Part shown: positions 1 through 9,600 of the stretch, one piece after another
Numbering within the stretch: position 1 is the stretch's first letter
Layout of the letters: each line of letters begins with the position of its first letter
DNA from: Thermodesulfobacteriota bacterium
GTDB taxonomy: Bacteria; Desulfobacterota; Binatia; Binatales; Binataceae
Length of the DNA: 64,000 nucleotides
Direction of reading: 5' to 3'
Assembly (NCBI GenBank): GCA_046728175.1
Contig: JBKPEA010000050.1
Location: 389-64,388 of the forward strand
Notes under the pieces: generated by a model
Seen by the model: the letters and a program-made list of their open reading frames with translations, nothing else
Databases searched by the model: none
What the model was told of the DNA's origin: nothing
Program-made: the position numbers and the translations under genes

Positions 1-41
1 TCAGGTTTCTAAGTCAGTGAAATCTGCGTAATCTGCGGACA

Positions 42-833
42 ATGCGGCTGCGCACGCCTTTCTCAATTACGCTGTTGCTCGCGCTGGCGGGCATCGTGGG
101 CGCCGCCGAGACCGGCAATCTCAAGCTCGATGTGCTCGGCGACATCGGCGCCGGCGCTCAGAACGCAGCCCGGATTATCGGCGCCGATGGAAAGGTCGCT
201 GCCGAGGTCCACGCAGGTTCCTCGATCGCGCTGGCGCCCGGCGACTACAAAATGGTCCTGCCCCTGGTCGGTGGCACAATTACCAAGAACGACATCCGAA
301 TCGAACCCGGACGTACCCGGACCGTGATGATCGACAACGCCGCGGTAATGGAAGTGAACGTGAAAGATCGCCACGGCCAAGATCCCGGCTTCGGAGTGAC
401 CGTGACTTCCTCGAGCCCACCCCACTCCAAAATCATCAGCTTCAACACCGGAGAGAAGTTTTTGTTCGCGCCGATGCTGGTCGACGTCCACGTCGATGCG
501 CCCCCGCAGGGCTACGACTGGAGCGCCGTCGCACTGAAGCCGGGCCAGCGTGCACGGCTTTCCATGGGCGAGGTGGTTCCCGCGGAGCTGGACGTGCAAA
601 CCATGCTGCACCAGGCACCAATCGACCACGATACTCACGTTATGGTGTTTCGCGCCGGTACCCAGAGCCGCGCCGGCGACAGCCCGCCGGGTCCGCACCA
701 GTTCAAGCTTGACCCGGGCGACTATGATGTCTATGTCGAGAACGGCTCGGGCCGGGGACGTCCGACCGCGACGGTATCCGGAATCCATCTGGAGTCCGGC
801 GCCAAATTGGAAAAAACCGTTCCCATGGATTGA
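42..833 (+). CDS. Secreted hypothetical protein with repeated beta-sandwich-like modules
   Basis: 263-aa ORF with N-terminal signal peptide (LLLALAGIVGA) and recurring LxPGDY motifs (LAPGDY, LDPGDY). Confidence 0.75.
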   Translation: MRLRTPFSITLLLALAGIVGAAETGNLKLDVLGDIGAGAQNAARIIGADGKVAAEVHAGSSIALAPGDYKMVLPLVGGTITKNDIRIEPGRTRTVMIDNAAVMEVNVKDRHGQDPGFGVTVTSSSPPHSKIISFNTGEKFLFAPMLVDVHVDAPPQGYDWSAVALKPGQRARLSMGEVVPAELDVQTMLHQAPIDHDTHVMVFRAGTQSRAGDSPPGPHQFKLDPGDYDVYVENGSGRGRPTATVSGIHLESGAKLEKTVPMD

Positions 834-850
834 GGAGAGATCGATAATCA

Positions 851-958
851 ATGGCAAGCGAACGGCAACGCGAAATCAAACGGCGGCGCAAACGTCGCGA
901 AAAAAGAATCAAGGCGAGAATCCGCGAGGCCCGCAGGCATAAGCGCAAACGCGCCTGA
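851..958 (+). CDS. Small, highly basic 35-aa protein (MASERQREIKRRRKRREKRIKARIREARRHKRKRA)
   Basis: ATG at 851, TGA at 956-958, GAGGAG about 13 nt upstream; below the ORF-track length cutoff. Confidence 0.65.
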   Translation: MASERQREIKRRRKRREKRIKARIREARRHKRKRA

Positions 959-1028
959 CGCGATAGAAACCTGACGCAGCGCGAACCCGGGCGGAGTGCG
1001 CCCCGAGCTCGCAGAGGAGATTTTTTCT

Positions 1029-1832
1029 ATGGCCTACGAAACGCTTCTGTACGAAGTTGCCGACGAGATCGCCACGATTACCCTGAATCGCCCGGCCAAG
1101 ATGAACGCTTATACCGCCGAAATGGGTCGCGAGATCGCCGAGGCGATGCTGCAGGCCGACCGCGACCGCAGCGCGCGGGTCGTGATCATGACCGGGGCGG
1201 GGGAGCGCGCGTTCTGCGCGGGAGCGGACATGAGCATGTTTGCTTCCAACATCAAAACGCGCGAACAGCACGGCAGCGTCGATGAAGGGCGCGGCGGCGG
1301 TATCTCGCTGCCCGTCATCATGCGCAACCTCTCCAAGCCCACGATTGCGGCGATCAACGGCTATGCGCTGGGAGTCGGATGTACCATGACGCTGCTGTTC
1401 GATGTGCGCATCGCGTCCGACAACGCGAAGCTCGGCGTGATTTTTCCGCGCGTGGGCCTGATGAGCGAGCTCGGCTCCAGCTACCTGATGCCCCGGTTGA
1501 TCGGTTTATCCCGCACCGCCGAGATGATGCTGACCGGCCGCCAATACAGCGCGCAGGAGTGCCTGGCGATGGGCCTGGTGAGCCAAGTCGTGCCCGCCGC
1601 GGAATTGAAGGCAAAGTCGCGCGAGCTCGCAGCCGACATGCTTCAATGCTCGCCCTTCTCACTGGCGATGACGCGCAAGGCGCTCTACCAGGGACTGGAA
1701 GGAAACCTCGAAAGCGCGATGCAATTTGAAGGCTTTGCGCTCGAAAAATGCTACGTGTCGCCAGAGCATAAGGAATACGTGAACGCCTTCATGGAGAAGC
1801 GCAAGCCCGACTTTGGCAAGCTCAGAAAGTAA
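1029..1832 (+). CDS. Enoyl-CoA hydratase/isomerase family protein
   Basis: ITLNRP, AFCAGAD and AAINGYALGVG crotonase motifs; GAGGAG upstream of ATG 1029. Confidence 0.93.
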   Translation: MAYETLLYEVADEIATITLNRPAKMNAYTAEMGREIAEAMLQADRDRSARVVIMTGAGERAFCAGADMSMFASNIKTREQHGSVDEGRGGGISLPVIMRNLSKPTIAAINGYALGVGCTMTLLFDVRIASDNAKLGVIFPRVGLMSELGSSYLMPRLIGLSRTAEMMLTGRQYSAQECLAMGLVSQVVPAAELKAKSRELAADMLQCSPFSLAMTRKALYQGLEGNLESAMQFEGFALEKCYVSPEHKEYVNAFMEKRKPDFGKLRK

Positions 1833-2066
1833 CCGTCCCTTGCTCGGGGGTGCGGTTGACCCACTGCGACGACGGGGTTATTAATTTAATACTTAGTTGG
1901 TTTTATTTATCACAAATATGTGGTGGCAGAGGTTGAAATAACTCGAAATAGCATCAAATTGGAAAAGCGAGCTTTATTGGAAAAGCAAGCTCTAGTGAGA
2001 TGGCCGAGCGTCCGGATTGGATTGCGGGACCTCGGCAATACAACGTGGAAGGCAGGTATAAGGACG

Positions 2067-2705
2067 ATGGCACTTCATATCGGCAGTGTCGCTCCGGATT
2101 TCACCCAGGAGTCGACCGAAGGAACGATCAAGTTTCACCAATGGATGGGCAACAGCTGGGCGGTCTTGTTCTCCCACCCCAAGGACTTTACCCCGGTATG
2201 CACCACTGAGTTGGGTCGCGTTGCCAAGCTGAAGCCGGAGTTTGAAAAGCGCGGCATCAAGCCGATCGCCATCAGCGTGGACGACGTTGACTCACACAAG
2301 AAGTGGATCCAGGACATCGAAGAGACCCAGAACGTGAAGATGAATTTTCCGATCCTGGGCGATGCCGACAAGAAGGTCTCGAAGCTCTACGACATGATCC
2401 ATCCGGAGTGGAACGACACGCTGACGGTCCGCTCGGTCTTCGTCATCGACCAGAACAAGAAGGTTCGCCTGATCATCACCTATCCCGCCAGCACCGGCCG
2501 GAACTTCGACGAGATTCTGCGCGCGATCGATTCGCTGCAGCTCACTGACAGGTATTCGGTTGCAACCGGAGTGGACTGGAAGCATGGCGACAATTGCATC
2601 ATCGTGCCCTCGCTCACCGATCCCAAGGTTCTGAAGGAGAAGTTCCCCAAGGGCTACCACGAAGTGAAGCCATATCTCCGGATCACGCCCGATCCTTCGA
2701 AGTAA
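2067..2705 (+). CDS. 1-Cys peroxiredoxin (Prx6 type)
   Basis: FSHPKDFTPVCTTE and YPASTGRNFDEILR motifs; AAGGA upstream of ATG 2067. Confidence 0.95.
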   Translation: MALHIGSVAPDFTQESTEGTIKFHQWMGNSWAVLFSHPKDFTPVCTTELGRVAKLKPEFEKRGIKPIAISVDDVDSHKKWIQDIEETQNVKMNFPILGDADKKVSKLYDMIHPEWNDTLTVRSVFVIDQNKKVRLIITYPASTGRNFDEILRAIDSLQLTDRYSVATGVDWKHGDNCIIVPSLTDPKVLKEKFPKGYHEVKPYLRITPDPSK

Positions 2706-2721
2706 GCGACCGTCGTCAAAC

Positions 2722-2763
2722 AAGAAACCCCGGCTCGTTCGACGCGCCGGGGTTTTCTGTTTT
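2722..2763. terminator. Bidirectional intrinsic terminator
   Basis: AAACCCCGGC-N11-GCCGGGGTTT stem with a T-tail, between convergent genes. Confidence 0.75.
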
Positions 2764-2782
2764 GGCTAAATTGATGCGCGCG

Positions 2783-4531
2783 CTATGGCCCCAGCATCGG
2801 CACCAGGATCCCGATGTCCGGGGTACCCCACCCGGTTGCCCCATCGTAACCCGGCTTCGCTTTGAAGCCCGGGACACCATTGAAACTGTTATTCCCTGAG
2901 GTCACGTCATGCAGTCCCGAGGACGCAGTGTTGTTCAGAGGACCCAGCGTGTAGAGTTTCGTGTTTATATTCCCCACCCGCGTCGTCCCCGCACGCTGTG
3001 CAGCGAGCGCGCTGACCCCGGCCCACACCGGTGTTCCAACGCTGGTGCCGCCCGCGATTGCCAGCTGACCGGGCGTTCCGACCGCGATGAAAAACCCGGG
3101 ATGAAGGAGAGAGGCGCCCAGCGCGATATCGGGAACGTCCCTGCGCTTGTCCTTGGGGAAAACGCCTGACTGGAAGCTGGGCTTTGCGAAGACCGAGCTT
3201 CGTCCGCCACCGCCGGCCCCGCGCTGCGACTTCGGAATCGAGGCCTTGTCGTGCCATACCGATTCGGTTGCATAGCCGACGTCATTGCCGCTGCTGTCGA
3301 AAGTGGGAGTGAATTGCGTTCCGCCCACCGCGGTGACGTGCGGGTCAGCCGCCAACTCGCTGACCCGGGGCGCGCCACTGGCAACCACACATCCGCTGCT
3401 GGTCGCTTTCAGTCCCGCCGCGCCCTCATCGCCGGTCGCCGCGAACACCGCCTGTCCCTGCGCTTCGGCCTGCGCCAGAATGGGATCGAGCGTGCCGCTA
3501 AAGAAAGCGGGACCCGCGCCACAGAATTCGAAGCTTAGGCTGATCGCACCACAAGTGTTGTCGCCCACCGCTCGAGCGAGTGCATCCAGCGTCGCATTCG
3601 CACCGGCGCCTAGGTATGCGGTGATTGGAGCGCCGGGCGCTGCGGTGTGCGCATATTCGACATCCAGATCCGATTCGAATCGAGCGTTGGGTGAACCCAT
3701 CCCCGGATTGACGCCGTCCGCGAGAACCCGCGAGGCGGTGATGGCCGGAAGGCCAAATGTCCCATTGAACAGGGCGACCGCGTCATCGTCGAAATCGGCG
3801 GTCTCAACCAGCGCGATACAATCCGCTCCCGCGCCCGTGGTCCCGGCGCTGTTGAGCCCGGTCTCGTCATAGAAGGTCCATAGGTCCTTGGGACCGAATG
3901 CGGTCGTACCGCCTTCAGTCGCCTGTGGGCTGACCTTGGCGGCGGCGGTAACCAGGTTGTTCCTGAAGCGCAGGGTGTTTCCGAGACCTCGAATCGAGCC
4001 GATGAGAGGCGCAACCGAGGCGGGCACTTCCGGGTCGTTGAGATTGGCGAAAGTCGCGCCATCGGCACTGGTTGCGATCTTTACGGCGAAGGTTTTTTCC
4101 ACCGTCGCCGCGGCCGCGGCCGCGGCGACTTCACGCCCGGGGCCAACCACCGATTCGACTGACAGGCCGCGGCTGGTCAACCATCGCTCGATCGCGGCAC
4201 GGTCATCGGCCGTCGGGCCGAAGCGATCGCTAAATTCTTCCGGGGTAAGCCAGCGATGGTACTGGGATGAGGACGGGTCCTGTTGTTGCGCGATCAGCTC
4301 TTCCAACTGGTCCCGATTGCGAAGCGCCAGCGTGATCGTGATGCGGAGCTGCCGGTCCGCGGCTACCTCGCCGCCGGTGAGCTCGGCGGCTTCGTCCGGA
4401 TGATTGCCCAGAATCGTAACCCTGGAATCGGCCGGGAAAACGGGGGCAGCAGCGACTACGATCATCAAAACCGCTGCAGCCAATCCCGCGACGCGTTCCA
4501 ACCGGATAGTCGGGAGTACCGACGATGACAT
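2783..4531 (-). CDS. S53 family (sedolisin/kumamolisin-like) peptidase with prodomain
   Basis: Signal peptide, Pro-kumamolisin domain (QYHRWLTPEEF), ESDLDVE, ATGDEG and GGTS catalytic motifs, GYDGATGWGTP. Confidence 0.93.
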   Translation of the reverse strand: MSSSVLPTIRLERVAGLAAAVLMIVVAAAPVFPADSRVTILGNHPDEAAELTGGEVAADRQLRITITLALRNRDQLEELIAQQQDPSSSQYHRWLTPEEFSDRFGPTADDRAAIERWLTSRGLSVESVVGPGREVAAAAAAATVEKTFAVKIATSADGATFANLNDPEVPASVAPLIGSIRGLGNTLRFRNNLVTAAAKVSPQATEGGTTAFGPKDLWTFYDETGLNSAGTTGAGADCIALVETADFDDDAVALFNGTFGLPAITASRVLADGVNPGMGSPNARFESDLDVEYAHTAAPGAPITAYLGAGANATLDALARAVGDNTCGAISLSFEFCGAGPAFFSGTLDPILAQAEAQGQAVFAATGDEGAAGLKATSSGCVVASGAPRVSELAADPHVTAVGGTQFTPTFDSSGNDVGYATESVWHDKASIPKSQRGAGGGGRSSVFAKPSFQSGVFPKDKRRDVPDIALGASLLHPGFFIAVGTPGQLAIAGGTSVGTPVWAGVSALAAQRAGTTRVGNINTKLYTLGPLNNTASSGLHDVTSGNNSFNGVPGFKAKPGYDGATGWGTPDIGILVPMLGP

Positions 4532-4689
4532 AGTTCCCCCTGCCCGGGCATTTTCGAGGTCTCAACCGGATCACGCAAGACCTTTTTTCTGACCTTAACT
4601 GCTCCAAGCGCGCGCTTCCTCAAATTTCATCCGCCACCGGCTGCTGCTTGGCCTGACCCCCCACGATTTCCCGCGCAGCTTCGGATGCG

Positions 4690-4718
4690 TTGACAGACGA
4701 ACGATTGCGCCGGAAAAT
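4690..4718 (+). promoter_or_regulatory. Putative sigma70 promoter of rpoZ
   Basis: TTGACA-17nt-GAAAAT, 9 nt before the ATG, no Shine-Dalgarno sequence. Confidence 0.5.
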
Positions 4719-4727
4719 TAGCGGATA

Positions 4728-4925
4728 ATGGCGAGAATTACCGTAGAAGATTGCCTGGAGCAGATCCCCAACCGCTTCGAACTGGTCCTCGGAGCCGCCA
4801 AGCGTGCCAAGCAGTTGCTCAAAGGCGCGCGGCCACTAGTGGAAAGTGATAATAAGGAAGTCGTGACGGCACTTCGCGAGATCGCCGCCACCAAGGTCAC
4901 GCTCGAAGAGCCGCCGGAGAAGTAG
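4728..4925 (+). CDS. rpoZ: RNA polymerase omega subunit
   Basis: [28 protein letters not shown] signature. Confidence 0.97.
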   Translation: MARITVEDCLEQIPNRFELVLGAAKRAKQLLKGARPLVESDNKEVVTALREIAATKVTLEEPPEK

Positions 4926-5027
4926 TTCTCCGAAGTCCGCCGCGATTGGTGTCTCACTCCGGGCGGATTGCGGGTATCCGCGCGCCCGATCTTCACGCGG
5001 CGTCCTTTATCCTGTGCATCCGGTCCC

Positions 5028-6125
5028 ATGGCCCGCAAAGCTGGCAATACTCCGTCTAGGCCGCCGCATGGATCACGGCGCCGATCTTCGCCCCGCGCGG
5101 CCGACCCCCCGCTCGTGGTCCACGATTCAATCGGCGACGAGGAAGCTCCGGTGGTCGAGATCGAAGAGTTTCACCCCGTCGAGAACGACGAGGCCGAGGC
5201 TCCCGACCCTGAATACAAGCTTCGGCAGCCCGCCGACGAGACCAGAAAGGAGTCCTCCGAGACGGGCGAGGGCGGCGCGCTTGTTCCGCTCGATCCATTG
5301 GGCCGTTATCTGTCCGAGATTCGGCGCTTTCCCCTGCTTACTCGCGAGGAGGAAGCCGAGATCGCCAAGCGCTACCATCGACATCACGATCGCGAGGATG
5401 CGTTCCGGCTGGTAACCGCGAACCTGCGGCTGGTCGTCAAGATCGCGCTCGAATTCGCCCGCGCCTCCAGGAACGTGCTGGACCTCATCCAGGAAGGCAA
5501 CGTCGGGCTGATGGAAGCGATCAAGAATTTTGACCCGTACCGCGGCATCCGCTTCCCTTCCTACGCGGTATGGTGGGTGCGCGCCTACATCTATCGTTAC
5601 CTGATTAACAACTGGCGGCTGGTGAAGATCGGAACCACCCAGGCGCAGCGCAAGCTCTTCTTCAATCTCCGCAAGGAGAGCGAGCGACTCGAAGCACAGG
5701 GCTTCCGGCCCGAACCCAAGCTGCTCGCGCAACGGATGGGGGTGAAGGAAAGCGAAGTGCGCGAGATGCAGGATCGGATGTCACAGAGCGAGGTTTCGCT
5801 GGATCAGCCGAGCGGGCAGTCCGAAGATGTGGCGCTGGTGGAGGTGCTTCCGGACGATTCGCACAATCCCGAGGAGGCCGCCGCCGCGGGCGAATGGCGA
5901 AACTTCGCGCGCGAGCGCGTTGAGGAATTCGCGGCGACCCTCAAGGACAAGGAACTTGAGATTTTCCATCAGCGACTTCTGACCGAAGACCCCGCGACCC
6001 TGCAGGAGATCGGGGAACGCTTTGGAATCAGCCGCGAGCGGGTGCGGCAAATCGAGACCCGGCTCAAGAATCGACTGCGCGACTTCATCCGCGGAAAAGC
6101 GGCCGAGCGCGACGAAGCCAGCTAG
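5028..6125 (+). CDS. rpoH: Sigma-32/RpoH-like sigma-70 family factor
   Basis: DLIQEGNVGLM, RpoH box QRKLFFNLR, TLQEIG..SRERVRQIE. Confidence 0.88.
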   Translation: MARKAGNTPSRPPHGSRRRSSPRAADPPLVVHDSIGDEEAPVVEIEEFHPVENDEAEAPDPEYKLRQPADETRKESSETGEGGALVPLDPLGRYLSEIRRFPLLTREEEAEIAKRYHRHHDREDAFRLVTANLRLVVKIALEFARASRNVLDLIQEGNVGLMEAIKNFDPYRGIRFPSYAVWWVRAYIYRYLINNWRLVKIGTTQAQRKLFFNLRKESERLEAQGFRPEPKLLAQRMGVKESEVREMQDRMSQSEVSLDQPSGQSEDVALVEVLPDDSHNPEEAAAAGEWRNFARERVEEFAATLKDKELEIFHQRLLTEDPATLQEIGERFGISRERVRQIETRLKNRLRDFIRGKAAERDEAS

Positions 6126-6218
6126 GAAGCGTCTGCTATCGCGCTCGCCCCGGCACCACGATCTGCCTAATCCGGGAATTCTGCGCTTGCCTTGCTGCCC
6201 TCCTTGGGTAACGGGATA

Positions 6219-6962
6219 ATGCCCAAATCGATGCGAGACCGTACGTGCGCGCTGGTCGTGATCGGAAACGAGATCCTGTCCGGCAAGGTGCAGGACTCAA
6301 ATGCGTACTTCGCCGCGTGCGAGTTGCGCAAGCTTGGGGTATCGCTCCAGCGCGTGACCGTGATTCCGGATGAGGTTCCCAGAATCGCCGAAGAAGTCGC
6401 TTACTGCTCCGCGCACTTTGACATCGTCATTACCTCCGGCGGTGTCGGACCGACTCACGATGATCTCACCATGGAGGGCGTCGCCGCGGCCTTCGGGCGC
6501 AGGATCGTGGTTCACCCCGAGCTGGAGCGGCTCATCCGGAGTCACTTCGTCGGGCGCGTGAATGCCGCGGGGCTCAAGATGGCGGAGGTACCCGAGGGCG
6601 TCATCCTGAACGATGAGGGTGACATCCGGTTTCCTACGGTTCAGATCGAAAATGTCTACGTGCTGCCCGGCATCCCGCAACTCTTTGAAGCGAAGTTAAA
6701 TGCGCTTAAGCCGCGCTTCACCTCAGACCCGTACTATCTCCGCACCATCTATACGAGCGCGACCGAGGGCGTCATCGCCGAGCATCTGGATGCCTGCCTG
6801 GCCGAGTTTCCGGAACTGATGCTGGGCTCCTATCCGCGCATCGGCAATCCCGAGTACCGCGTCAAGCTCACGCTCGAGTCCAAGAATGCCGAGTATCTCG
6901 ACCGCGCATTTCATCGTCTTTTGACGCTTATCCCGAAAGACATGGTCGTTAAAATCGAGTAA
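6219..6962 (+). CDS. CinA-like molybdopterin-binding domain protein
   Basis: IGNEILSGKVQDSN and SGGVGPTHDDLT motifs. Confidence 0.9.
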   Translation: MPKSMRDRTCALVVIGNEILSGKVQDSNAYFAACELRKLGVSLQRVTVIPDEVPRIAEEVAYCSAHFDIVITSGGVGPTHDDLTMEGVAAAFGRRIVVHPELERLIRSHFVGRVNAAGLKMAEVPEGVILNDEGDIRFPTVQIENVYVLPGIPQLFEAKLNALKPRFTSDPYYLRTIYTSATEGVIAEHLDACLAEFPELMLGSYPRIGNPEYRVKLTLESKNAEYLDRAFHRLLTLIPKDMVVKIE

Positions 6963-6995
6963 GATTCGATTCAAGAGGGTTGAGGAGGAAGAGAC

Positions 6996-7580
6996 ATGGG
7001 CAAGATTCGTTCACAGTTTCTGGCGACATCGCTCGCCGCGGCTCTGGTAATTTTCGTTACCGGTAGTGCTCTGGCGCAGGATGCATCGGCTCCGCCAGCG
7101 CAGGCTTCTTCAGCTGCCACCACGATGCAGGTGCAGCAGCCCCAGAGCGGCGTGAACTGGCCCGGAGCGGGGTACGGCGCAGCGGCACTCTTCGGCAATT
7201 TACTTTACTTCCCGGCGAAGTTGGTTTACGCGATCCTCGGGACAATCGTGGGCGGAGGAACCTATCTGGTAACCGCGGGCAACGCTCAGGCTGCGAACAC
7301 GGTATTTCGCAGCGCGCTGGGCGGAGACTACGTGTTAACCCCGCAAATGGTTGCGGGCCAGCAGCCAATCAATTTCAGCGGTCCGACGGAAACACCGCCG
7401 CCGAACACGAACGAGGCCTCGGCCAGCAGCACCGTCCAGCCGATCACTCCACTGCCACCTCCCACATCAGCACCAGCGGCCGCGCCTTCAGTCACCAACG
7501 GAGCAGTGCAGCCGATGGACGCGGGTAGCGGGCCGGTGCATTCAAAGGCCGACTCGACCTCGGCCAGAAGCATCGAGTAG
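6996..7580 (+). CDS. Exported/membrane hypothetical protein
   Basis: GAGGAGG RBS, signal peptide (ALA|Q), hydrophobic core, Pro/Thr-rich tail. Confidence 0.8.
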   Translation: MGKIRSQFLATSLAAALVIFVTGSALAQDASAPPAQASSAATTMQVQQPQSGVNWPGAGYGAAALFGNLLYFPAKLVYAILGTIVGGGTYLVTAGNAQAANTVFRSALGGDYVLTPQMVAGQQPINFSGPTETPPPNTNEASASSTVQPITPLPPPTSAPAAAPSVTNGAVQPMDAGSGPVHSKADSTSARSIE

Positions 7581-7636
7581 AGGCGACCCGCGGTGGAGCC
7601 TGCGTTAGCCGCGGGCTCTGCCGAATTCGTAACCAC

Positions 7637-7987
7637 ATGAAGAAAGCACGCTTTTTCTGGAAATCGACCTGAACTACCTGTCGCAACGCAAGAAGTTTCT
7701 TGCGCGATGATCTCAAGGTCGAATTTGAAGAGCGCGACTACGCCAAAAACCCGCTCGATTTGACCGAACTCAAGGACCTGTTCAAGGGACGCGACCCGCG
7801 CGATTTTCTCAGCACGAAGAGCCCTGCTTTCAAAGCGCTGGGCCTGCGGGGTAAGACGCTCACCGCCGAGCAGGCCCTCAAGCTGATGGCGCAGGAACCT
7901 AATTTGATCCGGCGCCCGCTGGTAGTCGTCGGACGCGAGATAATCGCGGGGCTAGAGCGCGACCGCCTCAAACAAGCACTGCGCTGA
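7637..7987 (+). CDS. ArsC/Spx/MgsR family protein, probable selenoprotein (UxxC)
   Basis: ATG 7637 is in frame with the 7700 ORF: MKKARFFWKST-TGA(7670-7672)-TTCRNAR...; C-terminal PNLIRRP family motif. Confidence 0.88.
7681..7707 (+). promoter_or_regulatory. Putative bacterial SECIS hairpin
   Basis: CGCAAGA-AGTT-TCTTGCG stem-loop (extended by TCG/CGA); apical loop starts 21 nt after the UGA. Confidence 0.7.
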
Positions 7988-8083
7988 CTCTCTCTTCGTT
8001 ACGCTTAGATTTTTTGTCTCGAGCTAACTCCCTTGGACAAAGGCAGGGAATCGGTGCTAGCACCCGAGCAACCGAGGTGTCCC

Positions 8084-9508
8084 ATGGGTTTCTCCGAGGA
8101 ACTGTTTTTCGCACCGGCGGGCCGGCTCATCGCGATGCTCAAGGCGCGAGAGATCTCCGCGACCGAAATCACCGAACAATTCTTCAAACGAATCGACGCG
8201 CTCAATCCCGGGTTGAACGCCGTCATCACGCTGGTGAAAGAGCGCGCTACACGTGAGGCCGCCGACTCCGACCGGCATCTCGCGCGCAGCGGCGAAGCCC
8301 GGCCGCTCGAAGGTCTGCCCGTCACCATCAAGGATTCGATCATTACCGAAGGCGTGCGCTCGACCTGGGGAATGAAGATTTTCGAAGACTATGTCTCCGA
8401 CACCGATGCGCCCGTGGTCGCACGCTTGCGCGCGGCGGGTGCGGTCGTGCTCGGCAAGACCAACACCCCGGAAATGACCTTCGATTACGATTGCGACAAT
8501 CCCCTGTTCGGACCGACCAGGAATCCGTGGAATCGCGAACGCGTGCCGGGTGGATCGAGCGGGGGTGAAGCTGCGGCATTGGCGGCAGGCATGTCGCCGT
8601 TGGGACTGGGCTCCGACTACGGCGGATCGATTCGGGTGCCCGCCCACTTCTGCGGCATCGTCGGACTAAAGCCGAGTTGGGGGACGATTCCGTTGGCCGG
8701 ACATATGTCGCCCGGGCCGGCAGCGCCACCGGGAATTTCCCACATGGCGACACTCGGGCCGATGGCCCGATACGTCGACGACCTGACACTCGCCTACAAC
8801 GTCATCAAGGGAGCGCATTGGAGCGCGCCCTACACCGCGCCGACTCCGGAAGCCCACCCGGAGCGCATCGAGGTGAAGAAGCTGCGATGCGCGTTCTTCA
8901 CTGCGGGAGGCGGCGAGGTACCAGTGGCGCGCGACATCCGGGCGGCTACCGAACGAGCGGCCAAGGCCCTGGCCAGGTCCGGACTGAGCGTGGAGGAGTC
9001 GCAGCCACCGATCCAGGATGGGGCACGCCTGTGGATGGCATATGCGACGGCCGATGGAGGTACGCTGCTGCGGCAGACGCTGGGCGACAAGATCAATCTT
9101 TCGCGCGAGCGCCTGCGCAACGGATTGCTCGCGCCTTCAGAGCCCAAGTCAGCCGCCGAATTCTTTCTCGCCTCGATCGCGCGCGATACTTTCCGCGTCG
9201 AGCTGGCCAAGTTCATGGAGCGCTATCCCATCCTGATCTGTCCGCCGTTCTGCGCCACCGCATTCGCGGAAGGCAAGGAAACCGTGGACATCGATGGCAG
9301 CGAATACCCGCTGTTCAGGGCGAACTGGCCAGTCCTGTTCGGAAACTGCGCGGGCTTGCCGGGAGCGGTGGTGCCGGCAGGCCGCGACCATCAGGGACTT
9401 CCGACCGGAGTTCAGATAGTGGGTCGCGCCTTCGCCGAAGAGGAGGTGCTGGCGGTCGCGAAACTGCTGGAACAGGAACTGGGCGGCTTCCAACCCCCGC
9501 CAGTCTAA
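8084..9508 (+). CDS. Amidase signature family protein
   Basis: GLPVTIKD, GKTNTPE, GGSSGG and GSDYGGSIRVPA motifs. Confidence 0.93.
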   Translation: MGFSEELFFAPAGRLIAMLKAREISATEITEQFFKRIDALNPGLNAVITLVKERATREAADSDRHLARSGEARPLEGLPVTIKDSIITEGVRSTWGMKIFEDYVSDTDAPVVARLRAAGAVVLGKTNTPEMTFDYDCDNPLFGPTRNPWNRERVPGGSSGGEAAALAAGMSPLGLGSDYGGSIRVPAHFCGIVGLKPSWGTIPLAGHMSPGPAAPPGISHMATLGPMARYVDDLTLAYNVIKGAHWSAPYTAPTPEAHPERIEVKKLRCAFFTAGGGEVPVARDIRAATERAAKALARSGLSVEESQPPIQDGARLWMAYATADGGTLLRQTLGDKINLSRERLRNGLLAPSEPKSAAEFFLASIARDTFRVELAKFMERYPILICPPFCATAFAEGKETVDIDGSEYPLFRANWPVLFGNCAGLPGAVVPAGRDHQGLPTGVQIVGRAFAEEEVLAVAKLLEQELGGFQPPPV

Positions 9509-9600
9509 GTGAAAATCGAATCCGGCACGGACCCACACCGCGGCCACACCTGGCGGCTGGGGCGGCCGGATTGAGCGTCAGCGCCCTGCGGTTCTCTTTG

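Noticed and set aside
7700-7987. 95-aa ORF starting at TTG 7700
   Set aside because: It lacks the family active-site motif and is better explained as the 3' part of the TGA-readthrough gene
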